Shown here: positions 18,106-24,116 of the stretch, one piece after another | Numbering within the stretch: position 1 is the stretch's first letter | Layout: every line of letters begins with the position of its first letter | Source of the DNA: Gemmatimonadota bacterium | Lineage (GTDB): Bacteria > Gemmatimonadota > Gemmatimonadetes > Gemmatimonadales > GWC2-71-9 | Direction of reading: 5' to 3' | NCBI GenBank assembly: GCA_036679605.1 | Contig: JAZDCZ010000092.1 | Location: 1-24,116, forward strand | DNA length: 24,116 nt | Notes under the pieces: generated by a model | What the model was told of the DNA's origin: nothing | The model's database searches: none | What the model saw: only the letters and a program-made list of their open reading frames with translations | Position numbers and translations under genes: made by a program

Positions 18106-18155
18106 TACGCCGTTTGATCCGTGACCGTCTGCGTGAGAATGAAGTAAGCGGCCAT
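18105..18155 (-). pseudogene. DUF1330-like N-terminal fragment
   Basis: GAGGAG RBS then MAAYFILTQTVTDQTAY, fused directly to the IS3 remnant. Confidence 0.55.
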
Positions 18156-18229
18156 TCCTGACTCCTCGGTATTCAGGCGGGTGACGGGGTCGTTGGAATT
18201 CATGCGGACAACATGCGTTTGAGGGCTTT

Positions 18230-18290
18230 GGTAGGGAAGTACGGCAGATCGTGCGTCCTACCAAGGTTTATCCAGTTATTTAATGGGAGC
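18230..18290 (+). repeat. Junction D: copy of 58-111 followed by TGGGAGC
   Basis: 53-bp near-identical repeat; tgggagc at 18284-18290 equals 141-147 (too short to be significant alone). Confidence 0.8.
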
Positions 18291-18460
18291 CGTAGGCATA
18301 TCCGAGGGGGCCGGGGGCCTGGCTGGTCGTCGGCCTGCTTGACTGTGGTCCGGTGCGGAACTCGCGCATCGGCCTACGTCGCGCTGGCGGAGAGGCACCG
18401 TGACTTGTTCCCCACTCCCTCTCGAATACCTCACCGGGCTCCTCCCCCCGGTCGCACGTC

Positions 18461-18484
18461 CTCTGGGGCCCCAGAGTTCGTTTT
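18461..18484 (+). terminator. Possible intrinsic terminator / perfect 16-bp palindrome
   Basis: ctctggggccccagag followed by ttcgtttt. Confidence 0.3.
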
Positions 18485-18540
18485 CACGTTAGTCGCCTTG
18501 GACCGGGAAACGGGGGTTGGAGCAAATGTTAGATGAGGTC

Positions 18541-19350
18541 TCAGTGTTTGGTCCAAACCACTACGATCCCGCAGGTAGGTCGGAGTATACCTTTCGGATT
18601 CCGATAACCCCTATTGGCCAGAGCCTGCCATTGGACCGGAACGTTGCTCACTCCATTGTAAACTTCAACCGCCTCGATATTCCACGCTATGAGAACCTCA
18701 TCGAGATCCACACCTCGATATATCCCGTCCACCAAAAGCTGGAGTAGGCAGTTGCCTGTTTCTCCCCGCCTCCAGGTGCGCCGAGTCGATCTGACTTGAC
18801 CTTCACGAACAACCACGCCCGGTAGGCGTCGAATGAAATCCGAGGGCTCCAATGTCATGAGCTGGCGTTCCCGTTCGACCTTCAGATGGTGGCCGAACCC
18901 CATCCTCTGGCGCGTGTAGAATCCGTTCACCTCGAGGTATCGCACGCGTCGCTCACCCTCGACCACAAGCCCCGGGAGCTCGACGGCGTCAGGAGAAAGG
19001 CGAATCCGAACGGAGAACACCGATGACTCGGTGACCTCGACGTCGCCCACGTTGATTGCCGCATAGCCAAGCCGGCTCACGACCAAGGAGTAGGTCCCTA
19101 ATCCGCTGGGGATGAAAAACAGGCCTTCTGTGTCTGACAGCGTCTGGCCCACAACCTGGCCCTCTGCGTCGATCAGTTCGACCTGCGCCGTGGCAACGGG
19201 CCCACCGGTCTCTTTATCGAGGATCTCGCCGAGCACGCCCTGACCCAGCGCCTGAGTCGGCAACAGCGGCAGAAGAATGAGCATCAGGGCAAGGCCGGTG
19301 GCTCGTGACGATCCACGGCTCTCGGCAAGACTGCGGGGTCTATCGGCCAT
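18541..19350 (-). CDS. Secreted carboxypeptidase-regulatory-like + TonB-plug-like protein (269 aa), paralogue of 4516..5325
   Basis: Same length from ATG 19350; shares RIRLSPDAVELPGLVV, RYLEVNGFY, LEPSDFIRR, VDGIYRGVDLD, PTCGIVVVWTKH. Confidence 0.85.
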   Translation of the reverse strand: MADRPRSLAESRGSSRATGLALMLILLPLLPTQALGQGVLGEILDKETGGPVATAQVELIDAEGQVVGQTLSDTEGLFFIPSGLGTYSLVVSRLGYAAINVGDVEVTESSVFSVRIRLSPDAVELPGLVVEGERRVRYLEVNGFYTRQRMGFGHHLKVERERQLMTLEPSDFIRRLPGVVVREGQVRSTRRTWRRGETGNCLLQLLVDGIYRGVDLDEVLIAWNIEAVEVYNGVSNVPVQWQALANRGYRNPKGILRPTCGIVVVWTKH

Positions 19351-19409
19351 GACATGCTCGCTTTCGCGCCTTCCCGGCGGGAAGTAGGAGTCATCAGTGT
19401 GCCCACACC

Positions 19410-19437
19410 ATATACGCAGTCTTGATGGCATGTTACA
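19410..19437 (-). promoter_or_regulatory. Putative ECF sigma promoter TGTAAC-N15-CGTATA
   Basis: Minus strand tgtaacat gccatcaagac tgcgtatat, matching 4442-4469. Confidence 0.7.
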
Positions 19438-19553
19438 TACTCGGCGGAGATCGCCGGTAAGATGACGAGCACCTGGGGCGAGGTTGGTTGGTAAGGGCGT
19501 AGCCTATCGAGCGTAGGTAGGGAAGGAATCGAGTCAAGAATACGGGGGGAACG

Positions 19554-21317
19554 ATGTCGCACGACTCCGCAACGAAGGCCTCGCCGCAGAGCGCGGTTCG
19601 TCGGATCTTCATGCTCACGGCGCTCCTCCTCACTGCGCTGGGAACGCCCACCGCAACCTCCGCTCAATGGGTACGGGGCACGCTGGTGGACCAGGACACC
19701 GGAACGCCCATCGGACGCGCCGCGATTAGCGCATTGGCCCCGGGTAATCGACGGGTTGGATGGACTCTCACGGATGCTTCGGGCCGATTTTTCTTCCGGG
19801 TGAGAACAGGCGGAAGTTTCGTCCTTCGGGCCGATCGCATCGGGCACGCGTCCACCTTGTCAGAGTCCCTGGAGGTCGGAGCGGCGGACACCTTGGTCTA
19901 CCGCATGGAAGCGCAGGTGGAGGCAATCCAGCTCGTGGGGCTTACGGTAGAAGCCCCCTCGCGCGACTGCAGGATTCGCCCTGAAGAAGGGCTGGCCACG
20001 GCCCGAGTCTGGGAGGAGGTGCGCAAGGCTTTGGACGCCGCGGCCGAGACGTCACGGCGCGGCATATACCAGTTCATGGTTCGCCGCCAGGAGAGAAATC
20101 TGGACGCCCGGGGCCGACAAGTCTTGGAGGAGGTGAGCCGGATCGACGAGCGCAATCAAAGGAGGCCCTTCAGGAGCCTGGCAGCCGCCCGACTCATCGA
20201 CGTAGGCTTCGTCCAGCCGGATGGAGACGGGGCCCGGTACTATGCGCCGGACGCAGACGTGCTCCTTTCGGACGTGTTCCTCGACTCGCACTGCTTCAAG
20301 CTCCGAGAAGGTGAAGGCGAAAACGACGGTCTTCTTGGTCTCGACTTCGAGCCCACCGGCGACCGGCGTGACGTGTCTGATATCAGCGGCACACTCTGGG
20401 TCGAAGCCGTGAGCGCGGAGCTGCAAAGACTCGAATTCCGGTACGAGAACCTCGACTTCTCCGTCGGTCGAGCCCCGGTTGGAGGCACGGTGGTCTTCTC
20501 GGGGCTTCCGAACGGCGCGTGGTTCGTGAGTGATTGGGTAATCCGAATGCCGAGGCTCGTCGAAGAACGTAGGCAGATGAACTCTCCTGATGGGAGCTTC
20601 TCCACCCGGTCGAGGATACGCGTTGCGGGTATCCGCGAAGAGAGCGGCTTCGTGCTGCAGGTGCGTACCCTGAGCGGTGATGTAGTCGCGGAATCCGGCT
20701 CCGGAACGATCACCGGCGTTGTCGTGACGGACGATGACGAGAGCCCTGTTTCAGACGCTGTGGTGTCGGCTTGGAGCATCGGGCAACAAGCCACGACGGG
20801 AGCTGACGGGCTGTTCCACTTCGGCTCATTGGGGGGCGGCACCTATGATTTGCTGGTCACCCACCCGAGCCTGACCTCGCTCGGTCAGGGGGGAGAGTTG
20901 ACGCAGGTGCACGCCGAACCGGGGGAAGTCACCTCGGTACGCCTGACCATCCCCAGCGAGAAACACATTCTCGAGACGGCATGCGTCGGGCCGGGTCCAG
21001 ACGAGGGAGGCATCGTCGTGGGTTGGGTAACCCACGCCCAAACGAATGAGGTGATTCGAGATGCCAGCGTGCTCCTGACAATGAAGCATTACCTAATGAT
21101 TAACGCGTTGACATTCCTGGAGAAGCGGTCAGAGGTCGAGGCGCTTGCACGCGATGACGGATTCTTCATCTACTGCGGTACATCCGTGGATGACGAGATC
21201 CACGTTGACGTCACCGCCGAGGGGATGGAGCCATGGACTGGTTTGGTGGAAACCCCGTACAGAGGCTATGTGGCTCACCTCACGGTGCGGCTCGAGCCCA
21301 AGCGGAAGAACCCGTAG
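19554..21317 (+). CDS. Secreted protein with multiple carboxypeptidase-regulatory-like domains
   Basis: Signal ASA-Q, VRGTLVDQDTG..TDASGRF..RIG, YYAPDADVLLSDVFLDSHCF, ITGVV..TGADGLF..GTY, DDGFFIYCG. Confidence 0.85.
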   Translation: MSHDSATKASPQSAVRRIFMLTALLLTALGTPTATSAQWVRGTLVDQDTGTPIGRAAISALAPGNRRVGWTLTDASGRFFFRVRTGGSFVLRADRIGHASTLSESLEVGAADTLVYRMEAQVEAIQLVGLTVEAPSRDCRIRPEEGLATARVWEEVRKALDAAAETSRRGIYQFMVRRQERNLDARGRQVLEEVSRIDERNQRRPFRSLAAARLIDVGFVQPDGDGARYYAPDADVLLSDVFLDSHCFKLREGEGENDGLLGLDFEPTGDRRDVSDISGTLWVEAVSAELQRLEFRYENLDFSVGRAPVGGTVVFSGLPNGAWFVSDWVIRMPRLVEERRQMNSPDGSFSTRSRIRVAGIREESGFVLQVRTLSGDVVAESGSGTITGVVVTDDDESPVSDAVVSAWSIGQQATTGADGLFHFGSLGGGTYDLLVTHPSLTSLGQGGELTQVHAEPGEVTSVRLTIPSEKHILETACVGPGPDEGGIVVGWVTHAQTNEVIRDASVLLTMKHYLMINALTFLEKRSEVEALARDDGFFIYCGTSVDDEIHVDVTAEGMEPWTGLVETPYRGYVAHLTVRLEPKRKNP

Positions 21318-21412
21318 GCTGCGTGGTCAACTCCATGTGGCAGGGACATCGCCGGTTTGGCGCCCCCGCCGCCGCTCAGCACCCCGTCCAATTCCACCCT
21401 GCACCGGCCAGT

Positions 21413-22690
21413 TCACGACAAAACGGCTCCCGGCTTGCGTATCCGAAAAACGCGAACTTGCTCCACGTCGAGCTCGTCCTTCTGCGTTCCGATCAAGCGG
21501 TCACCTTGGATACGGATGACTTCGACCCCTGAAGGAATCATGACTAGCCCCAGCCAGCGCCCCGATGGGTCGAAGACAGTCCAAGACTCGGGCTCCACTA
21601 AGCGATCCCATTCGAAGCCAGCATACCCGCCGGTCGACCTGGGATAGGATCGAATCCAAACGTTTCCGGCGTCATCGGCGATCAGCTGGGACGCCACTGG
21701 CTCGACCTCGGGTACTGGAAACTCGCCCCACTTTGGTAGGATGTCATCAAGCGTCCTCGACTTCGGATAGGCCTCTACCATGAGCCTCCGCCGCTCCTCA
21801 AACACGTTCCGGTCTGGGCGGTTGTGAGGGAGCGCCCGTCCATTCACGCGTGAGATCCGTTGAAGGTCTCCGCTCGGGCCATACCGGCGTGTTTCATATG
21901 TGGCGCTCGAGGCGACATAGGTGAATCCCTCCTGCGTCGTGGACCAATAGGGTCTGTTCCCCCAAGGGAACGGTTGCGGGCGAATCCTTCCCTGATAGAT
22001 GAGGCCGACTACTTCCCCACCCGGAAACCGAGCAATGGTATCGCGTTTCCCCGTCACCAAATCCTCCCACGCCAATGACCAGGTCGGGGCAACGACATCG
22101 CTCACGCTGGTCTGTCGCGGAGCCGGACGAATTGCAACAACGATCCTTGAGCAGTCGTGGTCGATGCCGCTGATGTTCCGCGCCCCATCTCCGATCCGTT
22201 GATCGGCCCTGTTCGAGGCTAGCGTTCGACCGGCGGTGTCAAACTGGACGATCTTCTCGATATCGTTGACCGCAATGGCGCCGTTCTCGCAGCGCCAAAC
22301 GCTCCGGACAACCCTGAGCTCATCCGGACCCCTACCCGGCTTTCCGATCACTTTCTTCAGGTTGCCGCCACGGTCGAACCAGAGCAGTTCCGCAGTACCA
22401 CCATTAGCGACAATTACCTCATCACCGTCCATGAGGAGGACGTCGTTGACTTGGAACAACGCCCGCGTCGAATCAAATTCCATGTCGCCGATGATCAAGA
22501 CTGGCTCAGGATCAATCGTCCACGCCGTCGCCTCCACCCAAAGAGGCGCACCGCTTTCCACGATCTCTATTCCCAAACTGTCTCGAACGGTGACCCCTCG
22601 GCGATCAGCCTCGACCTTCGACTCACAACCGACCAATACCGTCAAGAAGGGGAGACAGCGGACGATTGAAATCCGGGAAATGGCGGCCAT
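21413..22690 (-). CDS. 6-bladed beta-propeller lipoprotein
   Basis: Lipobox VLVGC, VRDSLGIEIVES, GKPGRGPDEL, DDAGNVWI, WTVFDPSGRWLG, DELDVEQV. Confidence 0.88.
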   Translation of the reverse strand: MAAISRISIVRCLPFLTVLVGCESKVEADRRGVTVRDSLGIEIVESGAPLWVEATAWTIDPEPVLIIGDMEFDSTRALFQVNDVLLMDGDEVIVANGGTAELLWFDRGGNLKKVIGKPGRGPDELRVVRSVWRCENGAIAVNDIEKIVQFDTAGRTLASNRADQRIGDGARNISGIDHDCSRIVVAIRPAPRQTSVSDVVAPTWSLAWEDLVTGKRDTIARFPGGEVVGLIYQGRIRPQPFPWGNRPYWSTTQEGFTYVASSATYETRRYGPSGDLQRISRVNGRALPHNRPDRNVFEERRRLMVEAYPKSRTLDDILPKWGEFPVPEVEPVASQLIADDAGNVWIRSYPRSTGGYAGFEWDRLVEPESWTVFDPSGRWLGLVMIPSGVEVIRIQGDRLIGTQKDELDVEQVRVFRIRKPGAVLS

Positions 22691-22701
22691 GTGATATTCC
22701 C

Positions 22702-23109
22702 TCACGAAGTGATCTCACCGGTGAATCCAACCGTCAGTCTGGGAAGAAAAATACGTCTCACCTCACGTCCTGCACAAACACATCGGGCGTCGAAACGGAG
22801 ATGACCGACGGAATTGCTGGACAGCCTCCTGTTGAATCGCCCAATCTGGGCTATCTGGGAGTGTCCGGGGTCGAGCGTTGCCACCGACACGGAGGCATCG
22901 CCATCACCACTGAGCCGGATGCGTACCAGCCACGGCCGGCAGCAGACCTCACAGTCCTCGACATACTCCTGGCTTGCGCCGCCGCCCGGATCCACGACCA
23001 GCTCGCTCGACTCCCCGCAGTATGGGCAGGAGACGTACGCCACGTCGTTCAACGCGGCCTCCAACTCGCGGTCAGGCCCACTGTGGGGTCGGGGAAGCTC
23101 GAAGTCCAT
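22702..23109 (-). CDS. CPXCG-motif cysteine-rich protein with an apparently foreign C-terminal extension
   Basis: CPYCGE...DPGGGASQEYVEDCEVCCRPW; family-like sequence ends near VATLD (about 22870). Confidence 0.8.
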   Translation of the reverse strand: MDFELPRPHSGPDRELEAALNDVAYVSCPYCGESSELVVDPGGGASQEYVEDCEVCCRPWLVRIRLSGDGDASVSVATLDPGHSQIAQIGRFNRRLSSNSVGHLRFDARCVCAGREVRRIFLPRLTVGFTGEITS

Positions 23110-23265
23110 GCCACACACTGCCGCAGCCTACCGCGTTCTGCAACCGTATATTGCAGCAGCCCGCACCCGCTGCTAACCGAATCAGGGTCTTCCCTGTTGA
23201 GGGTTTGATGGCTACATCGTATCCTGCGACATCGTAGGATTCACCCTAGGAGGCCCGCTCTGAGT

Positions 23266-23553
23266 ATGCGCCGCTACCGCCCCGTTGCAGTTCTTCTAAC
23301 TGTGCTCCACCTGACCGCTTGCAGCACATGGCAGCCAGTCGCGGTTCGATCTGAGCCCGTTCCAGGTACTGTGCGCGTCACGACAGATTCGGGTCATATC
23401 TTCCTCAGGGACACGCGACTTGTCGGGGATACTGCTATCGCCGGAGTCGCGGATGGAAGCCTTCGTTCCATTCCCCTCGCTCGGTTTGAGTGCCCTTTCC
23501 GCCGGTGCATTGTTCGGACTAGCATACGTGGTGTACGGCCTCTGCTGCTTTGA
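23266..23553 (+). CDS. Small hypothetical lipoprotein, C-terminus possibly replaced
   Basis: AGGAGG RBS, lipobox LTAC, VRVTT..G..GDT..G..SIPL; sequence looks non-family after IPLARFE. Confidence 0.65.
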   Translation: MRRYRPVAVLLTVLHLTACSTWQPVAVRSEPVPGTVRVTTDSGHIFLRDTRLVGDTAIAGVADGSLRSIPLARFECPFRRCIVRTSIRGVRPLLL

Positions 23554-23657
23554 AGGTGATATGCTCTTCTGATTGCTCGTCCGAAGCCCGAGCGGCCTCG
23601 ATCGGTTCAGGTGCGGTTAGCGCCGGGGCAGGGCGGTTCAGAGTGTCAGCCGGGTCC

Positions 23658-24116
23658 TCAGTGCTTGGTCCAGACTGCGACGATTCCACAGGTCTCCAGA
23701 ACAAGTTCTGTGTCATCCCCTAATGTGGCAGGCGCTAAGTAACCCATGCGGGCCAGATTCTGCCACCGGGCCGGAATGTTGCTCACACCGTTATAGACCT
23801 CGATCGCCGCAACATCCCAGAGCACGAGCAGATCGTTGAGATCCACACCACGACGAGCTGGAGCAGGCAATACTCATGGTCACCCCTACCCCGGCGCGTT
23901 GAACGCACTTCACCATCTTGGACCACCACCCCGGGTATGCGTCGAATGTAATCCGATGGCGCCACTGTCTGGATCTGTCGGGACCGTTCGATCTCGATCT
24001 GGTGGCCCAAGCCCATCCGCTTTCGTTCGTAGAATCCGACCCCCTCAAGGTAGCGCACGCGTTGCTCACCCTGGACCACGAGGCCGGGGATCTCGACTGC
24101 CTCGGGGGGCAGGAGA
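23658..24116 (-). pseudogene. Third close paralogue of the plug-like protein; 5' end beyond the window; frameshifted by a 16-nt deletion
   Basis: RYLEGVGFYERKRMGLG..CLLQLVV in one frame and RGVDLNDLL..CGIVAVWTKH in another; DGIY codons missing at about 23848. Confidence 0.85.

Noticed and set aside
23622..23640. ccggggcagggcggttca as a second IS3 end
   Set aside because: Only about 10 bp match and no adjacent transposase remnant.
1..24116. CRISPR array, DGR/retron, intact integrase
   Set aside because: No regularly spaced repeats, no reverse transcriptase motifs, no adenine-specific TR/VR pair noticed, and no R-H-R-Y recombinase ORF.

Overview
GC-rich accessory region. The protein families suggest a Gemmatimonadota-like bacterium (inference only). 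There are no core housekeeping genes, no intact tRNA or rRNA, no CRISPR and no intact integrase. The cargo is eight paralogous secreted or lipoprotein 6-bladed beta-propeller genes (one broken), four paralogous carboxypeptidase-regulatory-like + TonB-plug-like genes with no barrel (one broken), one larger carboxypeptidase-regulatory-like repeat protein, a DUF6941-like/hicA/hicB operon, an HTH + nucleotidyltransferase (AbiE-like) pair with palindromic operators, a GNAT and small lipoproteins. The spaces between these genes hold very short remnants of other genes: HigB/HigA, a nuclease-like C-terminus, a DUF1330-like N-terminus and an IS3 end. The main hidden structure is four co-oriented non-coding junctions (about 1-256, 7592-7760, 16305-16459, 18230-18290). 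They share arm-like direct repeats or a stem-loop, followed by a 3' fragment of tRNA-Pro(TGG) that gets more degenerate from left to right. This suggests a tandem array of cargo segments added one after another at a tRNA-Pro att site, with the intact tRNA and integrase predicted to lie 5' of the window.
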